Shown here piece by piece: positions 10,901 through 17,770 of a stretch of DNA of 64,000 nt. The position numbers were made by a program, and so were the translations under genes. The stretch comes from Agarilytica sp. (GTDB lineage: Bacteria; Pseudomonadota; Gammaproteobacteria; Pseudomonadales; Cellvibrionaceae), in the NCBI GenBank assembly GCA_045430305.1, contig JAILXW010000002.1, positions 387,953 through 451,952 on the forward strand, read 5' to 3'. The notes below the pieces were generated by a model. That model was not told where the DNA came from. It saw only the letters and a program-made list of their open reading frames with translations, and searched no databases. How positions within the stretch are numbered: the stretch's first letter is position 1; the number at the start of each line of letters is the position of its first letter.

Positions 10901-10988
10901 CGACGTGATGCAAGGCTGGTTGTTTAGTAAAGCCCTTCCTGTCAACGAAATCACTAAAATTCTCCAGAGTGGAAGTCATTTTTTGTAA
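7968..10988 (+). CDS. Membrane c-di-GMP signalling protein: two periplasmic solute-binding domains, TM helix, GGDEF (GGDQF) and EAL domains; start may be ATG 8034
   Basis: Two similar BvgS/EvgS-like repeats (IRVAFDGYFPPYSF and IRLGVDPEFAPFEF), TM helix VWKLLVAAGVALVLFALWNI, GRMGGDQF, EALLRW, DDFGTGYSS, AEGVE. Confidence 0.9.
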   Translation: MYTESTIIKIQITLLARVSGLLMSFLFKCFFTLCLSYSVAVSANNHISGGEGFSFTQEEMAWLKQHKQIRVAFDGYFPPYSFLNENGEVEGFAADIFKLMEVRLGIQVDVHAQYHWNAIYKSAQEKKVDVVASMVQRPERAEWFLFSEPYIHKSLVVIAREDDERFNVRNDIQNKSIALVRGYQYVEKILDEFPSLQPVYVDTMIDALNAVSVGSVDAAISFLGAGHYYRNKYLLSNLKYAAIFDKKSANESIAIRKDWPEFASILNKFVKNIPERKLQEMRDRWLPVEYMENLVDVHLTEEELAWINAHPKIRLGVDPEFAPFEFIENGKYLGMVSDYIKILSLRLNINMEVVPNLTWDEAVNKVKKKELDVLPAVGKTEQREKFLGFTQPYLNFHRVIVSRLDSPFISGLNDLDGMSVAVQNRTSHHGFVEENTALSPALYNSLQETLLAVSGGEADAMIGNVASATYWIRKLNLSNLKIAAPVSMDVQSLHFSVRKDWPQLVSILEKGLQTFTPRQHKRISEKWLTVEYNPEVNFGYVWKLLVAAGVALVLFALWNIMLNRKVRLRTSQLSYSANYDRTTDLPNRFLMLDRLSQSIAEAKIKKEKLAVLSVDLNEFKKINDNFGHHAGDRLLKDVAFRLKGSFPNETTVGRMGGDQFLIIVSHVEDAADMAVLAENILAELQGKFVIGGEELVLTSSLGISMYPGDGEDAETLLQNADSAVHFSKANKRGGYAFYTKDLIELVSRRVQLEQCMLGALERGEFEVFYQPKVDTNSRKIVSFEALLRWFSRDLGEVSPVEFIPIAEKNGMIEPIGEFVLDDALKRLKDWTSAYDPNFTVAVNLSPIQFYSQNLVIKIEKFLAQSSLSSRALELEITEGVLLTGSKEVEKTLKKLESLNVTLTMDDFGTGYSSMSYLRKFNFDTIKIDREFIMDLPGDYSDKQLVSATVAMAHGLGMNVIAEGVETEDQYAFLLGLECDVMQGWLFSKALPVNEITKILQSGSHFL

Positions 10989-11132
10989 TGTTCAGTGTAA
11001 GGCGCGAAAACTCGCATGTGTTTTTTGTATGAATGCTTAATACACTGTTCGTTGGGTCGCGGTGTTGATGGTGCTGCTAGCTTTGGTGGTCAGAGGAGTG
11101 TGCGCTTTATGTTGTGGCAACGGAAATTTATT

Positions 11133-12017
11133 ATGCGAATATCTGCCTTTATCTTTCTAGTTGTTTATCCATGTATGACAACTGCGGCAGGTTTTTCAGC
11201 CAACTTTGAACTGGGCGCATTATATGATTCTCGCCTGGCTTTGGATGAGCCGGATTTTACATCAGAAAGTAGCGATTCTGCATTGTCTTATTCTGCGTAT
11301 GGAGAGTGGAAAGAAAAAGTTGATAAAAATACCGAGGTTCGAGCAGACTTCTCTCTTTTTGAAGTTCGTCAAAATGAGTTTGAGGAATATAATTTACGCT
11401 CACTTTTATATGGGGCTGCACTCGTCCACGCCCGTTGGGATGCGGACCTCGGTCTAGAAGCGCATCATTCTCAGACTGAATTAGATGGGTCTGAATTTCT
11501 TAGTATTACGACATTAAATCCATATTATTCTCGGTTTGTTCGGGAGTCGATCTATATGCGGCTAGGTTGGGAACACACCGAAAAAATTTACGTTGATAGT
11601 TCAGATCAAGACGCCTCTAAAAATTCGTTTTCATCGCACTTTTATGTTTTTTCTAGAGATGGAAAGAATTATTTTTTACTGGCATATAGGGTTGAGAATG
11701 AAGATGCAAAAAACTCTGTTTATGATGCAAGTGAACACTACTTGCGTTGTCAGTGGACGCAAAAGAGTATGTGGCGTGAACGATCTGTTGTCTCTAGGGT
11801 TGGGGCCTCCTATGAAATAAGGAAATATAAAAATAACTTAGAGGAATACGGGGTTGCAGATGAAAAGCAGGTTGCGCTCTATGTTGAATCGCAACTATAT
11901 CTTAGTGCTAATACTTATATTCGTTTAAGGCTGGAGTATGAGGACAATGCCTCAGACCTTTCTGACCAAGATTACCATCGACATGTCATTGAAAGTGCTT
12001 TTGGAATGGATTTCTAG
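11133..12017 (+). CDS. Outer-membrane beta-barrel protein, possibly Slam/DUF560-like; start uncertain (11016, 11112 or 11133)
   Basis: Signal-peptide-like N-terminus (MRISAFIFLVVYPCMTTAA), alternating aromatic/hydrophobic beta strands throughout, C-terminal ...ESAFGMDF ending in Phe. Confidence 0.65.
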   Translation: MRISAFIFLVVYPCMTTAAGFSANFELGALYDSRLALDEPDFTSESSDSALSYSAYGEWKEKVDKNTEVRADFSLFEVRQNEFEEYNLRSLLYGAALVHARWDADLGLEAHHSQTELDGSEFLSITTLNPYYSRFVRESIYMRLGWEHTEKIYVDSSDQDASKNSFSSHFYVFSRDGKNYFLLAYRVENEDAKNSVYDASEHYLRCQWTQKSMWRERSVVSRVGASYEIRKYKNNLEEYGVADEKQVALYVESQLYLSANTYIRLRLEYEDNASDLSDQDYHRHVIESAFGMDF

Positions 12018-12028
12018 CCTCATCTGAG

Positions 12029-13507
12029 TTACAGCGGTACTTGAATAAGACCGCTGCCATATACCTCGTCAGCGCCAGTTTTTCCTAGATCTTTCGTATT
12101 ATTAATTAATGTACCAATAATATTTTCGCTAGACGCCGTGCTTTCAATGTACGCGGCGAGTGCTGATGCGAAAGGCACCGCGAACGATGTTCCAGAAGAG
12201 GTGGTGTATTGGTTGTCTGGCGCGGCGTGTTTAATATTGACGCCGGGAGCTGCGACATCAATATAATCACCTCTGTTAGATTTAAAATAAGCCTTAAGCT
12301 TTTGATTGACAGCCGTGACCGCCACCACAGACTGATAAGCTGCCGGGAATACAGGCGGCGCCGTTGGGCCGTTATTGCCTGCGGCTGCAAGTATTGTGAT
12401 GCCTCGTTTGTCTAAGCGCTCGATTGCGTACTGCAGTAAGCTGTTTTTAGGCCCGGCCAAGCTCATATTAATAATTTTTACATTCTCTTGCGCGAGCCAA
12501 TCAAGCGCGAGCAACAGGCTCTTAACGCTTGCTGCGTGTTTTATTTCGGGTGTGTTATAAAACACGCTGGCGCTGTAAAGCCTCACATTCGGTAACAAAC
12601 CTTGATAGCGCTTCGAACTGCCTACTAGCATTGACGCAATCGCAGTGCCGTGGTGGTTCGGTTCGTTCAAGTTCTTTTCAACAAACGAGCGTTGACGAAT
12701 ATTCGCGTTTTTAAATACTTCGTGCGAGAGTTCAACGTGTGTGTCTATGATACCAATTGCCATATTGTTAGAGGCTGAGACTGATTTAAAGTGTAAAGCA
12801 CTTCGAGGCTCCCAGGCATTGTTTGGGTTCTTTTTAGGGTTCGCCTGGGTTTGAAATAAATGGTTGTAGTCAATCGCTGAGTTTCCCATAATTTCGAGTT
12901 TTTCTTGCTTTGCCTGGCTAAGTGTTTTGTTTTCAGGTTCTTTGATCTCTAATAACACTTTGCCGAGTGATTTTAGTGTGGTGGATTGGATTATCTCAAA
13001 GCCACTGCGTTCCAAATTATTTACAGTACTTGCATCCGTCAGAATGAGCCATTGCCTTTGTAAGCGATAAAACCCCTGTTTGTTTTGGGTGATATCGTGG
13101 AATGTGGTGGCCTTGTTGTGCTTGCGAGATTTGCTCTTACCTTGACTGCTATTCGGGTTCAAGCTTGCAGCTGATTCGCTTTTGATAGTTTCAATAGCTT
13201 CCTTGCGCAGCTCAGGGTCTTTCATGACGCTGCTCATGCCTTTGCTCTCTATCGATTTGGAGAGTTGTTTTTCAATACGTTTTTCTAGCTGCTTCTCAAG
13301 CCCCTTGCCAATAGTCTTTTCCGCATTCTTTTCCGTGCTTCGTGAGGCTCTGTTTTCGAGAGCTATGTCGCTTTGAGCGAAAGCCAGCCCAAGGCCGTGC
13401 GGGCAGCTTACTGAAGCGGGAATAACGGCCACGATGGCAAAAATCAGGTATAACACCTTGATTTTTATGGCAAAAAGAAATAATGGGTGCGGGCTTTCAG
13501 TACGCAT
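12029..13507 (-). CDS. Secreted subtilisin-like S8 serine peptidase with long N-terminal extension
   Basis: Catalytic triad GIIDT (Asp), HHGTAIASML (His), SGTSFAVP (Ser); oxyanion Asn in AAAGNNG; hydrophobic N-terminus; AAGGA RBS before ATG 13507. Confidence 0.92.
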   Translation of the reverse strand: MRTESPHPLFLFAIKIKVLYLIFAIVAVIPASVSCPHGLGLAFAQSDIALENRASRSTEKNAEKTIGKGLEKQLEKRIEKQLSKSIESKGMSSVMKDPELRKEAIETIKSESAASLNPNSSQGKSKSRKHNKATTFHDITQNKQGFYRLQRQWLILTDASTVNNLERSGFEIIQSTTLKSLGKVLLEIKEPENKTLSQAKQEKLEIMGNSAIDYNHLFQTQANPKKNPNNAWEPRSALHFKSVSASNNMAIGIIDTHVELSHEVFKNANIRQRSFVEKNLNEPNHHGTAIASMLVGSSKRYQGLLPNVRLYSASVFYNTPEIKHAASVKSLLLALDWLAQENVKIINMSLAGPKNSLLQYAIERLDKRGITILAAAGNNGPTAPPVFPAAYQSVVAVTAVNQKLKAYFKSNRGDYIDVAAPGVNIKHAAPDNQYTTSSGTSFAVPFASALAAYIESTASSENIIGTLINNTKDLGKTGADEVYGSGLIQVPL

Positions 13508-13551
13508 ATTTTGCGTCCTTTATAAAACTGTTAATTGTTAACCATACTACT

Positions 13552-13580
13552 GTAAACGTGATAAATAAAAAAAGTATTCC
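13552..13580 (-). promoter_or_regulatory. ECF-type promoter, copy 1 (drives S8 peptidase)
   Basis: Minus strand GGAATAC-15 bp-CGTTTAC, about 45 bp upstream of the S8 ATG. Confidence 0.75.
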
Positions 13581-13586
13581 CCGAAT

Positions 13587-13615
13587 GGAATAACACATCG
13601 GTTTGATCCGTTTAC
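13587..13615 (+). promoter_or_regulatory. ECF-type promoter, copy 2 (autoregulation of sigma/anti-sigma)
   Basis: GGAATAA-15 bp-CGTTTAC, 29 bp upstream of the sigma ATG. Confidence 0.78.
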
Positions 13616-13644
13616 GCACCAGAAGGCAAAAATAAAGGTAATCC

Positions 13645-14175
13645 ATGGAATCTGCCCAAAATGTACTAAGGCGTGAGCTGAGTCGGCTACGCAGGTTTGC
13701 TTATTCTCTCACGGGAAGTGCCGCCGACGCCGACGATTTAGTGCATGACCTCGCAGTAAAGATTCTTGAAAAGGGCCTGCCCGACATGCCGGACCCAGTG
13801 CCTTGGATGATTACCTTATGTAAAAATCTGTGGATCGACGAATTAAGGTATCGGGCTGTGCGGTCGCGGAAAAACTCTGATGGCGCCGGTTCAAGCGGTG
13901 GTAGTTCTCAAAGTGATGGCAGCGAGGCGATGGACGTGAATGTTGAAGTGTGTAACAGCCTGAATAAAGTGTATTGCCATCGGGTTGTGGAAGGCTTACA
14001 AGCGCTACCAGAAGGGCAGCGCGTTGCGTTGAGCCTAGTCACCATAGAAGGGATGAGTTACGCAGAAACTGCAAAGGTGCTGGATGTGCCCATTGGGACT
14101 GTGATGAGTCGTGTAGCACGTGCTCGTGCCATGTTACTTGAAATTTTCAGTGATAAAACTGAGACGACATTATGA
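13645..14175 (+). CDS. ECF sigma factor
   Basis: Region 2 LRRFAYSLTGSAADADDLVHDL...WMITLCKNLWIDELR and region 4 LPEGQRVALSLVTIEGMSYAETAKVLDVPIGTVMSRVARAR; 176 aa with no region 3. Confidence 0.95.
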   Translation: MESAQNVLRRELSRLRRFAYSLTGSAADADDLVHDLAVKILEKGLPDMPDPVPWMITLCKNLWIDELRYRAVRSRKNSDGAGSSGGSSQSDGSEAMDVNVEVCNSLNKVYCHRVVEGLQALPEGQRVALSLVTIEGMSYAETAKVLDVPIGTVMSRVARARAMLLEIFSDKTETTL

Positions 14176-14954
14176 ATGACATTGATCTAGAAATACTATC
14201 CGCTTACATTGATGAAGAATTGGACGCACCCCAAACAGACGCTATAAAGCAACGTTTGGAAAATGATCCTGCGCTTCGTATGGTGTATAAAAAAATGCAC
14301 ACCGATAATCAACTCATTAAGCAAAGTATCTTTTTGATCGACGAAAGCCCCGTGTCGCCACGATTAAATGCCCTGCTAGATTCAGCCGATACAGCAGTCT
14401 CAGTGGAATCGCGTGGCAGCATTATCATGTCTTTCTTCAATCAACTTAAAAGCATTTTTACCGTTCCGAAAGAAAGTCTCTTTTGGCCTTCAGCTGCAAT
14501 GGCATCTGTGTTGTTTGTCATGGTCTCGATCATCTATTTCAATACCAAAGCAATACATGAAGATGTGGTAAAACTTAGCGTCTCTGGCAAGTTGGTGCCC
14601 GACTTAATCTCATCGAGTTTGAGTACAGCAGTGTCAGGCAGTGAAGTTCACATTTCTGATTTTACGGTTAAGCACAAACTGGCGTTTATGCGAGACGATA
14701 ACGTGTTGTGTAAGCAGTACGAAGTGCGCTCCTCTAATGAGTTGGTCAATGCGGTCGCGTGCTATTCAAATGGTGATTGGCGTAATACAGTGGTAGAGCG
14801 CTCCACTATTTTAAGCGTTGAAGAAAATACCTATCAAACCGCTAGTGGTGATTCCGGCTCATTTGTAGATAACTACATTCAGGAAAAAATCAAAGATATT
14901 CCTCTTTCTTCTATGGAAGAGCGAGCATTGCTAGATTCAAAGTTGGCGAAATAG
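14172..14954 (+). CDS. Transmembrane anti-sigma factor
   Basis: ATGA overlap with the sigma stop; N-terminal LSAYIDEELDAPQ anti-sigma-like helices, one TM helix, periplasmic domain with CKQY...AVAC...W. Confidence 0.82.
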   Translation: MNDIDLEILSAYIDEELDAPQTDAIKQRLENDPALRMVYKKMHTDNQLIKQSIFLIDESPVSPRLNALLDSADTAVSVESRGSIIMSFFNQLKSIFTVPKESLFWPSAAMASVLFVMVSIIYFNTKAIHEDVVKLSVSGKLVPDLISSSLSTAVSGSEVHISDFTVKHKLAFMRDDNVLCKQYEVRSSNELVNAVACYSNGDWRNTVVERSTILSVEENTYQTASGDSGSFVDNYIQEKIKDIPLSSMEERALLDSKLAK

Positions 14955-14988
14955 CCGCCAAAATCAATTCAATTATTGAGCAATTCAT

Positions 14989-15017
14989 GGAATAAGCTCA
15001 GTTACCCACGCGTTTAC
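14989..15017 (+). promoter_or_regulatory. ECF-type promoter, copy 3 (drives the DUF4382-like lipoprotein)
   Basis: GGAATAA-15 bp-CGTTTAC, same elements and spacing as copy 2. Confidence 0.78.
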
Positions 15018-15081
15018 TTCTTACAAGCCGAGAAATACATGCTCTGCTTCTGTATCTGTCAATACTCATAAGGTGATAAAA

Positions 15082-15978
15082 ATGAAACATTTTCTCGCAG
15101 CTCTTTTCTCTCTAACACTTATCGCGTGTGGTGGTGGAGGTGGAAGCGGATCTGACGGAATGGGGCGATTGGTCGTTGGCCTAACAGATGCGCCCGTTGA
15201 TAACGCAGATGCTGTTGTAGTGACATTTGATGCAATCTCTATCAAGCCTCAAAGTGGGCCAGCAGTCGATATTGAATTGGTCGAAGCGATGTCGATCGAT
15301 GTTTTATCTTATCAAGGCGAAGACAGGGTATTGTTGCTAGATGACGTCGCCGTAGAGCCTGGTGATTACAACTGGATGCGCTTGTCTGTTATTGAAGAAG
15401 ATTCCTATATTGAGATCGATGGGCTGCAATTTCCGCTTGAAATACCAAGTGGTGCAGAGCGGGGTCTACAGCTAAACCAAGGCTTTGGTGTGGCGGCAGG
15501 GGCAGTGACAGATTTCACCTTAGATTTTGATTTGCGTAAATCAGTCCACCAAGAAGGCACTGGTGACTATAAGCTTCGCCCAACTATCCGCGTGATAAAT
15601 ACTCTAGAAATGGGGAGCGTTTCGGGCACCGTGGCGGCAGACTTAATTAATAGCGAGCTATGTAATAATGGCGATAACAATGATACCGGCAACGTCGTGT
15701 ATTTCTTTAACGGTACAGATCAAATCCCACAAGATGAACAAGGTGCTGAAGGCGATCCCGCTTTATCGGCTTCGGTCACATATAACAGCGAGTCTGATAC
15801 TTACGAGTTTTTGGCTGGTTTTGTCGCAGTGGGTAACTACACTGCTGTATTTACCTGCGATGCCAGCTTAGATGTAGCGACAGAAAACAATTCTGATGTG
15901 GTGCTATTTGGAGACCCGATAAATGTCAGTGTCACGCTAGGTGAGCGTTCAACGATAGAATTTACTGCGAGCCTATAA
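15082..15978 (+). CDS. DUF4382-like lipoprotein
   Basis: MKHFLAALFSLTLIA-C lipobox, GGGGG linker, LVVGLTDAPVDNADAVVVTF, LDFDLRKSV...YKLRP, which I recognise as DUF4382-like. Confidence 0.75.
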   Translation: MKHFLAALFSLTLIACGGGGGSGSDGMGRLVVGLTDAPVDNADAVVVTFDAISIKPQSGPAVDIELVEAMSIDVLSYQGEDRVLLLDDVAVEPGDYNWMRLSVIEEDSYIEIDGLQFPLEIPSGAERGLQLNQGFGVAAGAVTDFTLDFDLRKSVHQEGTGDYKLRPTIRVINTLEMGSVSGTVAADLINSELCNNGDNNDTGNVVYFFNGTDQIPQDEQGAEGDPALSASVTYNSESDTYEFLAGFVAVGNYTAVFTCDASLDVATENNSDVVLFGDPINVSVTLGERSTIEFTASL

Positions 15979-15985
15979 ATAAGTT

Positions 15986-16006
15986 TTTCTGTGTTGGCCA
16001 CAGAAA
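15986..16006. terminator. Hairpin after the DUF4382-like gene
   Basis: tttctgtg-ttggc-cacagaaa; no downstream U tract on the plus strand. Confidence 0.45.
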
Positions 16007-16109
16007 GTGATGAATAGAATCGCGCAGTATTTGGTAGCGCAGATAAGACAGAAAGTGAGTAACAAAAATTTCGTTTAACTTAGATTATGGACAATAGGTT
16101 GGTAATACT

Positions 16110-17018
16110 ATGCCTGAGAAATATTCATATTTTTTTAAAATGATGGGATCTTTGTGTCACGTGCAGGTTTATGCCGAAGACCAGACGAGTGCGAATAAAT
16201 ATTTTTCATATGCCAAATCAGAACTGGATCGTATCGAGCGTAAATATTCTAGAGATAATAAGTTTAGCGTCGTAAGCCAAATTAACGCATCGTCTGGCAC
16301 AGGTAGATCTGTAAAGTTAGACAGCGAAACGCGCTATTTGGTGGATTACGCAGAGCGAATATACAAACAAAGTAATGGAATGTTTGATATTACTACAGCG
16401 GTTCTACGTGATTTATGGAATGGAAAAAATGGAGTTGAACCAAGCCAAGGAACATTGGAAGAAACACTCATTAATTTAACGGGTTGGAATATTGTTGGCT
16501 GGGGTGGTGGCGAGATACTCCTGCCAGAAACCGGAATGAAAATAGATTTTGATACATTTATCAAAGAATATGCGGCAGACAAACTCGTAAAAATACTGGG
16601 CTTGCAGGGCGCGCCTTCTGTATGTGTTGATTTAGGTGGTTCCGTTGCCGTGAGTGGTCCAAATCTAGATGGGGGGCCGTGGAATATTGAAGTTGCCAGC
16701 CCTTGTGACACGCTAAAGATTATTACTGAACTACCAATTGTTTCAGGTGGTCTCGCGGGGAATCATGGTGTTGGCCCGTCTTCTGAATCTGGCTTTGATT
16801 CTTTTGGACAACTGTATTGTCCAAAAACTGGTTTGCCTGTGCACTGTGAATCCGTGGTGAAGGTTCAGGCTGAGCGGTGTTTGGTTGCCGGGGTCATTAC
16901 TGCTATCGCAATGTTGCAAGGGGAAGAGGCAGGAATCGACTGGCTGTCGAAGCTTGGTATTCCATTTATAGTGTATAGACCAGATGATGACCGTATAGAG
17001 CACAAAAAAATTGCTTAA
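16110..17018 (+). CDS. Divergent ApbE-like FAD:protein FMN transferase homolog with no signal peptide and degenerate motifs
   Basis: FKMMGS, RIERKYSR, SNGMFDIT, KEYAAD, LGGS, PKTGLP and CLVAG follow the ApbE pattern, but several canonical active-site residues are replaced. Confidence 0.72.
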   Translation: MPEKYSYFFKMMGSLCHVQVYAEDQTSANKYFSYAKSELDRIERKYSRDNKFSVVSQINASSGTGRSVKLDSETRYLVDYAERIYKQSNGMFDITTAVLRDLWNGKNGVEPSQGTLEETLINLTGWNIVGWGGGEILLPETGMKIDFDTFIKEYAADKLVKILGLQGAPSVCVDLGGSVAVSGPNLDGGPWNIEVASPCDTLKIITELPIVSGGLAGNHGVGPSSESGFDSFGQLYCPKTGLPVHCESVVKVQAERCLVAGVITAIAMLQGEEAGIDWLSKLGIPFIVYRPDDDRIEHKKIA

Positions 17019-17056
17019 TAAATTTAGCCTTTAATGGCTTAATACTCTGAAGTTTT

Positions 17057-17080
17057 GGCCACGCAAAGTGGCCTTTTTTT
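17057..17080 (+). terminator. Terminator between the convergent ApbE-like and exonuclease genes
   Basis: ggccac-gcaaa-gtggcc followed by T7. Confidence 0.7.
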
Positions 17081-17089
17081 GTTGTACAT

Positions 17090-17770
17090 TTATGCGCTGT
17101 GCAAGGCCAGGTCAGAAATTTTTAGGTCGTTTTTGGGGCTTAAGTTTTCACACTGAGCAAGGAATAATTCGGCGGTCGCACGTGCGTCACTTAATGCGTT
17201 ATGCTCGGTCAGTGGGGGAAGATTGTATCTCTCTCTACATAGATTAAGTTGCAGTGAATCTCGACGGTTTTGCATGGAAAGCCTTTTCTGCTCTATCTCA
17301 AGGGTATCTAGATATGTAAATAGCAGGGGGCAACCCACTGTTTCTAGTGCAGCCTTTTGCAAAAAAGCGATGTCGAGAGGTGCATGGTGAAAAATAATAA
17401 TTTTGTTTAAGGCGTCACGAATAAAAATACTTAGCACTTTTCCAACGCTTGCAGCGCCAGCAACACGTGAATCATGTAGGCCATGAATTTTGGCGCTATT
17501 GCTAACACCGCTCTCAGAATAAATGAGCATATGATTAGATTTTCCAAGAATCACTTTTTTTGCGCTTATCTCAATCCAGCCAATACTTAGAAGAGAGTCT
17601 TTTGCTGGATTTAACCCTGTCATTTCACAGTCGACGGCGAGAAAGCTAGATTCAGAAATAGAGGAAGATGTGGTTGGGAAAGAGGATTCATACAGGTCGG
17701 AAAATACGCCCTTGCGTGCTGTTTGTTTCCAGCGCGATTTCTTTAATTGATATTTCAGTTTAGATAACAC
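17090..17770 (-). CDS. DEDDh 3'-5' exonuclease (DnaQ-like)
   Basis: AVDCEMTG, FHHAPLD, HNALSDARATA. Confidence 0.9.
   Translation of the reverse strand: MLSKLKYQLKKSRWKQTARKGVFSDLYESSFPTTSSSISESSFLAVDCEMTGLNPAKDSLLSIGWIEISAKKVILGKSNHMLIYSESGVSNSAKIHGLHDSRVAGAASVGKVLSIFIRDALNKIIIFHHAPLDIAFLQKAALETVGCPLLFTYLDTLEIEQKRLSMQNRRDSLQLNLCRERYNLPPLTEHNALSDARATAELFLAQCENLSPKNDLKISDLALHSA

Noticed and set aside
10989-11132. Fourth ECF promoter copy upstream of the barrel gene
   Set aside because: The best candidate, TGAATGC-N13-CGTTGGG, has the wrong spacing and poor matches.
16050-16080. ECF promoter upstream of the ApbE-like gene
   Set aside because: CGTTTAA is present but the -35 position reads agaaagt; too weak.
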